Translations under genes and position numbers: made by a program
The notes under the pieces: model-generated
Databases searched by the model: none
Told to the model about the DNA's origin: nothing
Seen by the model: only the letters and a program-made list of their open reading frames with translations
Shown here: piece by piece, positions 1-13,825 of the stretch
Position numbering within the stretch: the stretch's first letter is position 1
How the letters are laid out: each line of letters begins with the position of its first letter
Assembly (NCBI GenBank): GCA_002104905.1
Contig: MCFE01000275.1
Coordinates: 41,678-105,677, forward strand
Direction: 5' to 3'
DNA from: Basidiobolus meristosporus CBS 931.73
Lineage: Eukaryota; Fungi; Basidiobolomycota
Length of the DNA: 64,000 bases

Positions 1-5
1 TTACA

Positions 6-118
6 CCAAGACCATGTAAAAGTATAAATACCACTTTTACATTCAATATATTATTAAGTGAAAACCACATAATCTACTTGTCCTCCCAATCACTTCCAAT
101 ATCTCCAAGACTCTTACA
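6..118. repeat. Dispersed AT-rich repeat, second copy at 8988-9100
   Basis: ccaagaccatgtaaaagtataaatac...atctccaagactcttaca occurs at 6-118 and 8988-9100 with only a few substitutions. Confidence 0.9.
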
Positions 119-1799
119 GCACTTATATTGGCTTCCAAATATGATGAATAACTGCTCAATATGTATAGATTCTGATCTTTGATACCCAAAACAATATGGA
201 CACCATTTTGATTAGTGATCCTGCGTCCAGAATTGTCAAAACAGAAACTGAGTCCTTCAGCTATGGCCTTGCTTATATATAGTGATTCTTGGCTATTTCT
301 GGTCCAAGGAGCACTTCTTTGACAGTAAGTGTATGGCTTCCTTTACTGCTTCTGAGGTTTACTTGTAAGGTTCCTTCTCCAAATGCATTAGGTGTTCAAA
401 TGTCACCCATGAAAACATTCTCAATTGGAATTTCTTAATGTTGAGTAAAAAACATAGCCCCAATCTCCAGTCATATGTTTGCCCAATGCAATAGCTTTGC
501 TGTAGCCAAGCTTGCACTTCCATAAGAAAAAATGCCAGCAGAATACTATTACAATATCTGCTGAAATCCAACCTTCTCAACAATGATACTATTGATATCC
601 AACCTACAAGCTTCATAGTAGACTCAAAGACATGCTCTCCAGGTAAAGACTGGGCCAATGAGCAATCACACCAAATTTTGTAATCAGCTGCTAAATACTT
701 CCACCAAAAATTGCAACTGAAAACTTGAGGCAGGAAAACCAGCTGTATACTAGCTTACCATTCAATGAATTCTAACTTTGAGACTTGTCATAGGGTTAGC
801 TCCACACACAGTCAGACCAGATGCTTGAAGTTACTCTATGACTTATTCATCTGCAAATAAATGGTAATATACACATCATCTTATTTGAAGTAAGATATAT
901 CTAGATTATTTTCTCAAGATGTATTCCAAATTTCAATAATGCACACAACCATCAGCAGATCCTTTGATGGATCATAACAGCATTCAGCTGCTCCTATCAG
1001 CTTGCCCCAACTAAGCTGGCTCAATATACCAGCCAATATCTGCTCACAGCAATACCCCACTTGCATTTCAAACAATGCCAATCCCTGACAGTTCAGTGGC
1101 AGAGGATAAAATGTAGAGGATGTTTGGGAGCCAATTGAGCCCATTGATCCATTGACATGTCCAAGGCCTACAACTGACAGGTATTCCTACTTCTAAGCCA
1201 AACCAAAGGCCCTAAGGACTCATGCATTTCTTTCTGCAGCCTTATTGAGTCATTGAATAAGCTTGCACAAGATATGTGTGAAGTGGGAGTAAGTGGTAAA
1301 TGCCTTGTGGTCACTACTTGACATTAGTCCCTAGTTACCTGCATGTTGATGGTGGCAATGGAAGCTAGCAAGTGATTGGCATTATTTAGAGGAGTGGGCC
1401 ATTTTTGGATTATGATTGATTGAGTTGAAATGGAGTGGCACTACTTTTGGGTCAACTTTGTTGGAGCAGCTATAAGAAAGCTCTGAGGAAAGCGCAGGAA
1501 GTTGCATTTACAATAAGGAGAAATGTGGGCGGGATTGAATATTGTGGTTACTTCCGGTATTTGATGCAACGGCCCGAACCCAAAGTCCACGAATCACAAC
1601 TCCACCCCGATGAAGGTACTCTATCCGATTAAATGAATAATTAGACGTCCAGGCGACTATTTACAATACTGCAGACAATTAGATCACCACTCCTATTCCC
1701 ATACATGACGAACCCCGGACATTAGCCAGGAATGATTATTTGTTTAGAATTGGCCCGGTTGGAAGTGTGACTACTGCTTCAGGACCCTCAAGCCCCTGA

Positions 1800-3120
1800 A
1801 GCATATAAGTGCCCTATCCATGCATGTGTTCCCGGCCTCCTTCAATGGGAGTTTGGCGATGCGTTTGTGTGCATTACTATGCAAGGTTCTGATCGGTGTG
1901 AGCACCATAACATCCTTCAAATGCTTTGGATTCAAAGTCAGCAGCAGGTGGGGACAACAAGGCGGTCTAGAGATATATGGGATGGGGGTTGGAGCGAGTA
2001 GGCTCGCCACGACGCATCAGCCAAACGGCTCGTGGGTGAGCGATATTGATTACATTGGCATTATTGCCAGAGGCATACATCATATTGATCAATCAATTAC
2101 CAGGTGGAATCCCCAGTACCGCCAGGAATTTGGGAATGAGTGGGTTTTGCTCCACCACAGACGATCGGGGTGCACGATGCAGATGTAGAACTGACTGCCC
2201 ATTGCAATCCCAACTGTGGGACTGTGTGATTCCACTCCTCGATAAGGGCAAATTACGGGGGCTTCGGATGGCTTAGACATATACCTTCGATCCCATGGTA
2301 CAGTCACCTCTCCTAAGTGGAACGAAGTTAGTTTCATGCTGTCACCAGGTACCTACTGGCAAAATCGGGGATGCGACCGTTGTAGGATGTGCGATTGCGG
2401 CATTCTTGGTCACCAGGGGCGACGAAGAAACGATGAGATGGCAAACCACCGAAAATTACCGAGCACGCCATTGGCCGGTAGTAAAGGGTGTATAGGATTG
2501 ATTTACTTGGGATGGATGGCCAGAGGAGGCCCAAGGGAATCCGAACTGACGGGATCATGATGTCGATGTAAGTGGGCAGTGAACCTCTCAAGCGCAGCCA
2601 GTACAAGCCGGCATTCATGAAGAATGGATCGAGGTTTCGGATGACTTTGCAACCATTAATGGGATCTTGCCAATCCAGTCGCTCCAACCTCCTTCCCACC
2701 TCGCGTATGCTCCCGGAGGCATTCCCGCAATCGGTATTCATCAGGGATTTTCCAAGCTGCCCATTGGCGATGTCGAAGAATAGGGTTGGTGCATACAGGT
2801 ACTACTAGATATCACATCATCGATGCATCAATGCGTCAATAAACAAGCCGCATGCCGATGCATGATACGTGCTCCCTTATTTACCAACAACGGCGGTCTG
2901 TAGTCGTCATCGAGCTGTGATTGATTGCATTTGATAATGGAGGCTGGCTCCATGTAGCGGATGGGAGGGTGATGTGGGTGATTTGTTCGATCTGAACATT
3001 TCTCCGGGCTGTGGAAATGGCCACATCCTGATTGAAGCTGGATAGCATGGAGGACACGCGCCTCACGCTGACAGGCCTGGATGGCACAGGGACATATGGA
3101 TTTGTTCAAGTAGCCAATAG
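1800..3120 (-). mobile_element. Possible highly degenerate LTR-retrotransposon integrase-like remnant
   Basis: Minus-strand fragments LLEQIHMSLCHPG, SILHEC, LRRPW*PRMP..FCQ and CTQTHRQTP loosely resemble Gypsy integrase motifs. Many stops; recognition is by eye only. Confidence 0.25.
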
Positions 3121-3483
3121 ATTTGGTCGGGAATAAGCTCACTGCCGTCGACAAGAGAATGGCTTGACTGGTCTCATAGCCCGATGGCCGATTCCTACTG
3201 AGCACAATCATTCCGTTCCGTCTCGAACGAGAGTAGGCTTCACCGACCGAGATCGAGATAATCTACGCTGTTGGAACGCATGCTTTGGTTGCAGATTGCA
3301 CATGATGCCTACACAACTACAGGTATCATCAGCCATCTATCCTAAGCTAGCATTTGACGTACTACGGCCAAATCGGTCCGCATGGATGACTTCATGCCGT
3401 ACCTGTCATCCATAAATATGCGAGTAGGTGGGTGGGTGCGAAGAGGGCAATTGCCGACATTCACGAATTCCATTAGCCCAGAG

Positions 3484-4254
3484 ATGTCAGTTGCAGTAGT
3501 GCAGGGGGCCAGCAGAGGATTAGGACTGGCGCTGGCCAAGACCCTTCTTTCCAGAACGCAGCTCAGTGTAGTAGCTACCTGTCGTCAGCCCGAGTCATCC
3601 GAAGCAGCCATGCTGCGGTACATAGGGGACCAGACGTTGTCCAAACGGCTAACCATCCTTCCACTTGATGTGACCGACGAAGCAACGATTAGGGCGGCTG
3701 CCAAGCAAGTCCAATACACCTATGGCGACAAGCCAGTCAAACTTTTCTTGAATGTTGCAGGGATTCTTCACGCAGAAAAGGCGATCGAGCAAATGGATAT
3801 GCATGCGGCATTGGAGACATTCCAAATCAATACTCTAGGCCCCATGGCGTCGGCCAAGCACTTTGTCCCGCTGCTGTGTCAAGACGCAAATCCAGAAGAT
3901 CCTTTTCTTGGAGAGTTCTCCGTATTCGCCTCGATTTCGGCACGTGTCGGGTCGATAGGGGATAACAGGTTGGGTGGTTGGTACTCTTACAGATGCAGCA
4001 AGGCTGCTGTAAACCAATTCACCAGGACTCTGTCCCGGGAGTTCAACAACCGGAAGCGGAAATCACTTGCCGTCAGTCTTCACCCTGGCACCGTGGATAC
4101 AGGCCTCTCGGCACCATTCCAGGCCAACATCGCAAAAAGCAGCCTCTTCACGCCCGACGTGGCAGCAAATCACCTCTTTCAAGTGCTGCAACAATTGAGC
4201 GCCCGTCATAACGGCAGGTTCCTTGCCTGGGATGGTAAAGAGATCGAGTACTGA
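3484..4254 (+). CDS. Short-chain dehydrogenase/reductase, CsgA/C-factor-like
   Basis: Intronless. VQGASRGLG NAD(P)-binding motif, NVAG, SARVGSIGDNRLGGWYSYRCSK (YxxxK), LHPGTVDT. Start placed at the ATG of MSVAVVQG rather than the ORF-track start at 3382. Confidence 0.93.
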   Translation: MSVAVVQGASRGLGLALAKTLLSRTQLSVVATCRQPESSEAAMLRYIGDQTLSKRLTILPLDVTDEATIRAAAKQVQYTYGDKPVKLFLNVAGILHAEKAIEQMDMHAALETFQINTLGPMASAKHFVPLLCQDANPEDPFLGEFSVFASISARVGSIGDNRLGGWYSYRCSKAAVNQFTRTLSREFNNRKRKSLAVSLHPGTVDTGLSAPFQANIAKSSLFTPDVAANHLFQVLQQLSARHNGRFLAWDGKEIEY

Positions 4255-5479
4255 TCGTGCCAAGCGATGATAACTACAGTCGGCCTCGTATTTCGATGGC
4301 CGTATACAACTAGGATAGGTGGATCAGCAAGTACAAGATATCATACAGTTACCCAAAAAAGAGGACGATCCAATCATGGAGCATGAGCCATAGACTAACC
4401 CCCTCTATTTACAGCCGTTTTTGTGGCCTTTTTTGTTCGAATGATCATTCCGGTGTCGGTGTCGGTGTCCCCATGGTTTTGGGCCAAGCAATTGCTAAGG
4501 CAATGCCCTTCATTAGAATGTGTAAGGTTAGCTTCACGGGCTGTCGTGGAGGCAGTAATGATCAGCGGTATACTGCGTGCCTGTGTTGCGCCTTAGCGGT
4601 ATTGAGGCTCGCCCTTATTTGTGCTAATAAATTGAGTATACGAAGTGCAGCCGTCCATCCCTCTTGACCCATCATTGCACGCCCTGTCCCAAAAAAAGCA
4701 AACAAAGCAGTAACAGGGTGCCTCGGCATGTTGCCTGGCCGCCTGCACACATTGAATTCACTGGATGCATGAGTAGCCCATAACCAATCAGGTCCAGCCC
4801 ATCGCCCACTCAAAGGATGTGTAACGTGTGTTGTGGCCTGATGCCTAGCGTCGGACCGAATCACATCTGGCGATGTTCGCACCAACAGGTGTAGTGCGTT
4901 TGGGAATCTCACAGATCATGGACTCCCAAATCGCTCCAATGGACCGATCTATTAATAGCAATGGTGAGCCTGGTGCGTTTGGGTTACCTAGGTTACAACC
5001 ATGGGTGGGAGGGGTCTCTGTAGGTAAAATCCTTGATCGGAGTCATGCTCATCTGGCGTATTGGGTGCAGGAACTTTCCACAATCGAGCTAAAATAGAGT
5101 TAGAGATGCTCAAACATCGTGGTCACCAGCATGTCTGAGCTCGGCTTATACTGGTTTAATATGACCAGATGTAGTGTCTCGCAGGAGAACCCAGGAATAG
5201 TGCAATGACCTTGATGTCTCATTTGGCCATGGGATTGAGATTGAAGTCAGACCACGAGGCAAGTCATATTAACACAATCTTGGCGATGCTAAGGCATAAT
5301 GCAGTGGCCCTCGATTCTTTTGTTGGTGTGTGCGGCTCAAATTAAAGGCTGGGCTTTGTCTCAGGGTCAAAATATGCCAGAGTTGCTAATAGCCGATTTG
5401 AAACCCTCCTCGTATCAGCTACATCATAGTATTAACAAGGTTGCCGCGCTATAACTAAATAAACCCTAGGCCATTGGAT

Positions 5480-5720
5480 AGGCCACTTCGGACTGGTGAT
5501 TGGTGAGGATCTTGGCTATTATGTGTACACCCCTTTGTCTTGCGTATCATCCACTTCTCGCTGTGGATGCAATCCCATATTGATACCCATCTCCGCCCAG
5601 CATGAACAATAGGCTTGAGTTTCCATGGAAGCACGGCATTCTGGTCCAAAGTCAGTGAAGTGGCCTGGCCAAATCTTCACACGGTAACCTTTGTCATAGT
5701 TGTGAATGTGTGCATGTTTC
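5480..5720 (-). mobile_element. Possible degenerate Tc1/mariner transposase fragment
   Basis: KVTV*RFGQ...LPWKLKPIVHAGRRWVSIWDCI resembles the Tc1 segment RVWR..PTVKHGGGSVMVWGC. Interrupted by stops. Confidence 0.3.
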
Positions 5721-8700
5721 TTTCTGCACTTTACAAAGCTAATGTGTGACACCCATTGTATTCTGGACAAGTTCATATTAAATATCTAGACTGGTATCCA
5801 TTCAATTTATTGCTAGGGGTTGTCATTGGTTCTCTACCACTGATAAAGGTTTTTGGTCCCGTCCTACATAACAAAGAATCATCTTCATAAAGGAGGGAAC
5901 TTGTTTGAAGGGCCATTTTAATCGCAGCAAGGGCTGTACTACCCACTTTCGATTCTCCTATTCAGTCCACGTTCCTCTCCAATTTAGAAATCCGAACCCC
6001 CAATATGTATGGAAACCATTACTTCCCGATAATTATTCAGCAAGGGAAGCTTTATATCGATGCTTTAGGAAATCCCATCGTATTACGGTGCAAGTAGGAG
6101 AAATACCTGCAGTATGAGTGCAGCCTGGTATGCTATAAATACCTCCTGACGGGCCTGTCGCTGTTGGCTTAACCATCCTCTCCAACCTCATCATAAAATT
6201 CATTCGCATCACCTTAGGCCATTCCAGAACAGAATGCTTTGTATCTATCGACTCTTTACGTTCAAACGCCATTCTAAATCAGGCTCTAAACAGAATGCTG
6301 GTTATACCTGTTTGCACAGCCTGGATTACGAGACCTACTCGACAGAGATTGCCAGGCAGGAACTAGAGACATTCATAGCCTCTCCCGCGGTCGATGCGTA
6401 CCCTGATGAACAGAAAATCGAGTTTGTGAGACTAGCCGAGCTTCTTGATCAAAGTTATCAACAATTCTTCGCTGACACCACCCACATCCTCAGCTGTTAA
6501 CCTCTCGAGCCCGCTAAGCGAAGTCCACTCCTAAATAAGCCACATCTCCTCATGCAAAACCTTTGTAGTTAAAGCAATGTATATCATACAAATCACTTTC
6601 CTTTCGGTGGATGATAACCCAAGCCAGCTCCACTTATTCTTACGTCGTGTATATAGCCAGCCAACGATACCTCTGTGTTTATTATTGATATATAAATCCC
6701 TATAGAACTGTTGCTTGACTTCAAGCCTTGCAAATACCACTGAAATAAATTCTCAACCTTCACCATGAACCACGATTTACCTGGACGTGCCTTCGATTGA
6801 TCCCCTTATGCTGTTCATCTGCGTCAAGAGCGGATTACTCATTTCCAGCATCCCTTGGATGGGTCCCAGTCCTCCTATTCCACCATCTCCGGTGCCCAAT
6901 GTGCGTGAGCATGTGTGTTGAATTCGGACAATTGATCCTGCATTTGAATTCGGAGGTTTAGCGTGTAACACATGCCATGCGCTAGCACTCCCCACTCGGT
7001 ATTGATGATAGAACTTCTACAGTAAGGTTTGGTTCCATAATATGAAATTCTGGAATGAGTGGAGGTTGAACAACGTGACCCGGGAACTCCGATTTCGAGG
7101 TTTCATGATGAAACACGGTTTCCTTAATCATCATCCAACCAAAGATCTCGGAGACAGTGATTTGGGGTATGCTCTATATAGGTGATCTGAGGGTTCCCTG
7201 ATTATATTGGAGCTTGCATCCCTAAATTGCATATATGTGGACAGATGAAGCTTGCCAATCTAATTGTGGAATATAATCTTTGCGGAGCTGATGGATCATC
7301 AAGGGCCGACGTGACTGATCCCACCCATGGCCCATCTACGGAGTGGTTCAACACTAGCGTGCGCTGGAAGGAGGTCCAGCCTTGCAAAAGGTGCGACAGT
7401 TGATTTACTCTAGGTGCAATCTGGCAGGCGAGTCAGATTATGTTAGCTAGATTCCAGAATTTTGATCCAAGCATAGGAAACTTCGATGGGACAATCGGCT
7501 AGATTTCGCAACGCGGTGCGTACAGGCTATAATACACATTATTTACTGTTCTGGCAAAAATCAAGGCTGGCATGTACGATATTCCGTTGTGTGGGCCAGA
7601 ACCCATTTGCCATGGAGTTTGTCGTTTGAGGAAAACCCGGACATTTGCTGACTTGACAAGGCGACGTGCAGCTGCCGAAGCCTGATCACAGATAGGGTGA
7701 CTTCTAAACAGCTTTGGAGATTCTGAGCATTTAAGTGCTGTGTAAGCATTAAAACCCGGTTGTTGTTTGAAAAATCATGCGATTGTATTATACTACATAA
7801 AAATCTGTAAAGCTCACCGCTTGGTGACGCGCTGGTTTTTAATCTATCTAAGAAACACTGGCAACTCTGCATAGCGTGATGGTCAAGTGCTCTGGATTCT
7901 TCCCATCACATGAACCGAACCTGTCATTGTCAAGTTTGCAAAGGCTTTGCTTCTTACTGGGAGATAAATTCAACATTTACAATTTCCATTTGCAGGGGCG
8001 TATTATATATAGGTGCTCAAAAGCCGGATTCTTCTCTGTAGATGATATGATGGTGGAGAATCCAGTATTTCTCACCAAGCTTGAACAGTATTTGAACGTC
8101 AAAAAAATAGTGAGATAACTGCTGTACAACCTCTGCGTTCGAGATAATCTAGACTTTACAGAGAGCTGAGTGCTACCAAATACTTTTGAATCAAGGCGTT
8201 ACTTCCGAGGCGAATATATAGTAGTATTTCCACATGTATGTTGTGTATAAAGGTTAATTAGTCTCCAAGATGTGTATTTATCCTCTAATGCATTCAAGCT
8301 GGACAAAGCTACCCAATTTGTATCCCGCAGTGGCACCAATACAATTGCATGATCCATTGTTGATAAAGCTGCAGCAACCACGGTAATTCTGGAGCCCGGC
8401 CCAGTATCGTGGATGTATTAGCCACTAATAAACTAGATTCTAAATAGATAACTGTTGGGTCTACACTGTCATTAGGATGGTACTCTCCATGTATTTCTTG
8501 TCTGCATGGTCAGGCGACGGAATGTGGCCCATGGGGAAACTTAGTGCAATATGGTGCACTATCAATGAAGATGTGAAAGAGCATTGCTCAAAGTGGTGAT
8601 TTGTATACACCATCTGATGTGTTGATGGCAAAACATGTAAATTTTGTAATTACACCTAAGTATTCCATTAGCTTGGTCACTTGGATTGTAGTGTATGAAT

Positions 8701-8889
8701 CTTGGAATGTCTTGCATAAACTCTCAGTTGGGATTTACTTGTAATATTTTACTAAAATATTAGGTACCCCTTGTTGTAAAAATTCGGAATTCCACCTAAA
8801 TATTCACCTAACTTAGTCACTTAGATCATTACCTTCAAATCCTAGAGAATACTGACCAAATTCCTTGTCGGGATTTACTTAGAATATTT

Positions 8890-9316
8890 ACCCAGAACAT
8901 GAAAATCAGATAAGTTGTCCAAACAGCTCCAAACTTTGCACACATGTTCTTGGGACCTTCCTTAACCTATTCTACGTGTTTGTAATGCCAAGACCATGTA
9001 AAAGTATAAATACTACTCTTACATTCAATAAATCATTAAGTGAAAACCACATAATCTACTTGTCCTCCCAATCACTTCCAATATCTCCAAGACTCTTACA
9101 ACACCCCTAACATGAAAACTTGCTAAATTTTCCAGAGGCCCCTAATCCTGCATACATGCACTTGGGATCTCTCTCAGCTTGTTTTACATGCTTGGTTTGC
9201 CAAAACTATTCAAAAGTATCAATAATACTTTACACTCAATAGACTATTGAGTGAAACTCACAAAATTTGTTTGCTCTGCCAATCACTCCCAATACCTCTA
9301 AAGCTCTTACAACAAA
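8890..9316. repeat. Degenerate tandem repeat, two units of about 211-213 bp
   Basis: Anchors aacatgaaaa at 8896/9109, ccaatcact at 9068/9279, ctcttacaaca at 9093/9304. Confidence 0.75.
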
Positions 9317-11705
9317 ACCAAGACATGTAGTGAATATATGTCCCAGGTTGTATGTAACTCAGCTCATAGAAGGCTGTTTAGGAGGCTTAGACTGCAAATA
9401 TACACAATGGTCATTTTCTTGCAAGGATTTCTCACAAAAAAGCTACAAATACCTGATGATAGTGTGGAAATCAGTATTAAGGGTACAGCTCTGAAATTTA
9501 TCATTCTATAGAATTAGAAATGAATAATGACATGGTATACATGTACTCCTAGTTGTCCTGTGTATATACAAAATACAAAGCACAGCCACGTGCTCATTGA
9601 ATCTATTAAAAAGAATAGAATGTTCTAGTAAGTGGCATTACTAGAAGAAGAAATAGTTCTTTTTAAATTTCCATGCAGTTACTGTGAGTGAGCGCTGTCT
9701 CTGCTATGAGAGGAACTAGGTTGTGGCAAACATCAGAAGCAGGATATATAGAGGTAATTAGAGTAGTTACCTGTAAGATGAAAGCATTGATAGTATCAAT
9801 GCCATCATAAAAGCTGCACATAATGGTGTAGTTGCCATTATAGTTGCAAGACATTGAATAATAGAGAAATACGATGTTGAAAGGAGGATTCAAGTCCCAG
9901 AGATTTCATGCTATACTACACTTGGTACTACTTTGTTTGAGGAAATAGAGGCAAATGCACATGGAACTGTAAATATTCGATGTAAACAATGGCAGGGAAT
10001 GGGAATTCTTCGGAAATTCTCACAAGATAATCACTTTGCTAAATTGGCTCGTACTCACGCTACTTTGAAGTTAGGTAGGAGCTCGTAGCAAACGGCCAAA
10101 TGGATATGGGGTAACCTATCGCCATGTCCATTGATGAATTACGAACTGTCCAGTTGAGAAAGTGGAATATGTCTATTGAAGTTGGTATGGACAGTGTTCA
10201 ATCAGCTGAAATGTTGTGTATTCTTACTCTGCCTTCGTTGTACTGGAGCCATCCAAGGAATGGATCTTTCCAAAAAAAACGCCGGATTGAGCTTTTCGCA
10301 CCCATTCCCATCCTAGTTCAAGCGTGTGCTACACCAAGTTCAACAAGCCTACCAAGGCCTCGTTCTAATCCCCTTCGAAGCAAATGGCGTGATGTATCTC
10401 TGTTCAGGTTAGGAAGGTTGGTTGCGATATAAAGTGGCCTCAATAGGACCTATATGAAGCTTGAACCGGTCGTGGATAATGTTAGCCATTCGAATGTCTC
10501 GGATTCTACTCGAAACTGCCTTAATGTGGCTCTGTTTCAGTCCCGACCTCCAAAGAACATGTATCTATGATACTATGAATGCATAGTGTGGTAAGTGAGG
10601 ATTCGTTTTTGCTGGTGGGAAAAGTAGATAGGACAATGAACGAATCAGGATGCTTCTACGAATGTTAAATCCAGTTAGCTTCGTGTTTTTGCGCTTTTAA
10701 AGCAACTTCGGGATTCTCAGTTAACCAACTGAATAAAGCACGTATAGAAGTACTCACGATATTCATCATGTGATAAATCGATCGGCAGTACACAAAACGT
10801 CGTGAATATTCGCGGTGATGAAATCTAGCAAAGCCCAATCTCTCTAGCTTGGCCTCACTCCGCCTGCAGTTGAGAACTGGTTAACAGTAAATTACCTTTA
10901 TAACGACGCTTTGCGGAGCAGAGAACATGGTAGCTGCTCTTTTTGTGACAAAGTGACTGACGCAGGTCACCCATGCTTCCTTTCGTTACCTATTGATGTT
11001 CATATTATTGCTTGAAGAGAAACCTCGGGTGTTGGTGAGCATATCAAGCTGGATACTTTGTAGCCGAATCAGGTCGCTACTGAGCAACTATACTACTGTT
11101 AGTAGAAATGCATTACATGACATATGCATGGTGAGTAGCTTGGATCCTGTTGAATCGCTACCTGGAACCGGTTCGGTTTTCAAAGCATCAGCTACAGCAT
11201 AGCGTCTACTCACGATTAAAATCAGCCAGACCATGGACAAGGATAGAAATACCAGAAATCGAAACAGTCCATGATCTTCTCGTGCTGGTATTCATTTATG
11301 ATTATCTGGTACAACAGTGACATGTTTGGCAAACGCAAGTGACCTTGTGCCCTTTAGGGCAAGATCTGTTAAGCTTGGTATGGTTTTGGCAAATGATCGT
11401 ACATGCTAATCACGTTATTTGGGTTATATTTGTATTTTCAAGCCATTGGCGAGGGGAAATTTCTCAGACCTTTCCCATTTTGAGGATCTATGAGAAATTA
11501 CTGTACCTTTCTAAAACAAGTTAGCCATTCGTAAGGAATCGCTTGCTACTAGGCAACACTCATGGAAACGTATATCAAATACAATCAGTATTGTAATAAC
11601 GGCTGGAGAGAGATAACGACACTACATCGATTGCGGTGCCCATTCGACATACAAAAGAGCAACAACTATAAAATTCCAACGAATGCCCAGGGTATTCCCA
11701 TCAAA

Positions 11706-13322
11706 ATGCGCTACTCTACTCTCCTCTCCTTGATTCTTTTATCCGCCTCTAGCGTCTTCTCGGCCCCAGTTACCGAGTTTCTGGCCCGCCCTGTCCGCTA
11801 CGACAACCACAAGCTGATCCAGCTGAAGCGCTCCGACGCCGCTCTAGATTTCATTAGCAAGAACAACCTGGACATCTGGCACAAGGCGTCCGATGTCCTC
11901 CATGTTCGCGCATCTCCCAAAGACCTGGAGAGCCTTGCCGAGTTCTCCCCCGAGGTCCTGATCGAGAACATCCAGGAAAGCATTGATCTCGAGACAAAGT
12001 CGTTGAAGCAAGCTGCCCTCGCCAAACGTGCGGTGGACGATGCCACCTGGTTCCAGAGCTACCACACCTTCACCGACATTGTCCAATGGCTGCAGAATCT
12101 CTCCCAGAAGTACCCTGACCTGGTGACCCTTGTTCCTTCCATCGGCAAGACCACCCTCGGAAAGGACATCCCCGCCCTCAGGATAACCAGCAAAAACGGC
12201 GCAACAAAGAAGAAGTTCTGGTTCCAGGGACTCCAACATGCCAGGGAATGGATCGCCACCACCACCATGCAATACGTGGCCGACGGGCTTGCCTCGGGAT
12301 ATGCCACGGATGCGAGCACCAAGAAGCTTCTCGACGAGGCCGAGATCATCATCATTCCAGTCTCGAATCCCGATGGCTACGAATACACCTGGAATGGGGA
12401 TCGTTTGTGGCGCAAGAATCGTCGCAACAACGGCGGCGGAGTCTACGGAGTAGACACGGTAAGTATCATGTTCAGGTATATGGTGAAGTGCGACCAGCCA
12501 TGGGGATGTGCGCGGTGGTGGACTGCAGTGATGGGGCAGATAAAGACTACGTGATGTAGAGCAAGGGGATATCGAGCGTTAGGGGACGTCATCGAGCCCC
12601 ATACCTCTTGCTGGTAACGGCAGCTCGGCCACTCCTACGTGGAAGTCCCCCAACGGCCCACTCTATTCCATCTCTCTTGACGGGAGTGTTGCAAGGACAC
12701 CCTAATGTCCACCACTGCCCTCCCCCCCACTGGTGTCGCACACTTGCCAGCAAGCAACAACCGGAATACTGAACATATTTTTGATGTGTAGAACAGAAAC
12801 TGGCCTGATCATTGGAACAAAGGAGGCTCCTCTACCAATCCCCGAGATGAGACCTATATGGGACCATCCGCCGGTAGCGAGCCTGAAGTGAAGGCATTGA
12901 TTAACTACTATTTCCAGCAAACTGGAATCGTGGGTGCCATTGATTACCACTCCTACAGTGAGTTGATCATGTGGCCATATGGCTGGACTTACACCGATCC
13001 CGCTACTGTGGCACCCTATACTACATTGGCCAAGAATATGAAGAGTGCCATTCGTGGTGTAAATCCTAATGAGCAGTATGTTGCCCAACAGATCAGTGAT
13101 CTGTATATTGCATCAGGCAGTGCTGCAGATTGGTTCTATAGTGATGAGGTTCTTCAGAAGCAGAAGTTCCGAAGCACTTCATTGACTGTAGAACTATCTC
13201 CCAAGCAGAATAACCCCGGATTTGTTCTTCCACCCCAGAACATCATCCCTGTAGGAAAGCAAACTTTGGCGTCTCTCAAGGTGTTCATTAACAGTGTTCT
13301 TGCCAACCCCATCAACACTTAA
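11706..13322 (+). CDS. Secreted M14A zinc metallocarboxypeptidase, copy A (exons 11706-12458, 12792-13322; 427 aa)
   Basis: Signal peptide MRYSTLLSLILL, propeptide, HARE (Zn ligands H69/E72 in CPA numbering), WRKNR, GVDT|NRNW across a GTAAGT..TAG intron (12459-12791), DYHSY, LYIASG, VELSP. Confidence 0.95.
11781..12891 (+). repeat. Left arm of 1111-bp inverted repeat
   Basis: Reverse complement of 14269-15379. I found only two differences (12641 g/c, 12700 c/a), both in the intron; the exon-1 peptides in the ORF track are identical. Confidence 0.95.
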
Positions 13323-13825
13323 CTGATTTGAAATGAGGAACATTATCGTCGTTCCAATTAACGTATGAAACTTGAATCCTACGATTCAAAATAAATGACT
13401 TAACAGTGCTATACCTTTGTCAGATAAATAGTAATATTCCTCAAATACTACTGCAACCTTAACCTAGCTGTACTTCAATACTGGGCCTGTACTAGTGCTA
13501 TGTATGTTGCTACTCATTTTTTGATATTGGTACGAAGGAATAGCAGTGCTATATCGAGCGAGCAATCGAAGGCATAACATACTCCTCAGATTCGAGTACC
13601 AATAGATGCACACTTCACTGCACACATGCCGCTACTTTTACAACAGCGGTATTAACCCTAACAGTTTGGTTCATTTTCTTTGGTGGTGTTGTTTACAAGA
13701 TGTCTTCAATAATCAATTAAAAAGCATTTCTACAAGGAATGTCAGTAGAAGTATTCACATGTGATTCCTATATGATTGTTGCGTATCGGGTGGATCTAAT
13801 GCGGAAATACGAAGCTCCGTGTGCA

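Noticed and set aside
9623-9646. Perfect 9-bp hairpin ttctagtaa-N6-ttactagaa as a Helitron 3' end
   Set aside because: No CTRR terminus at the expected distance on either strand and no other Helitron evidence.
4300-11500. Numerous short ORFs, for example 6234-6500 and 7561-7872
   Set aside because: No recognisable domains and frequent stops; probably decayed TEs or pseudogenes that I cannot assign.
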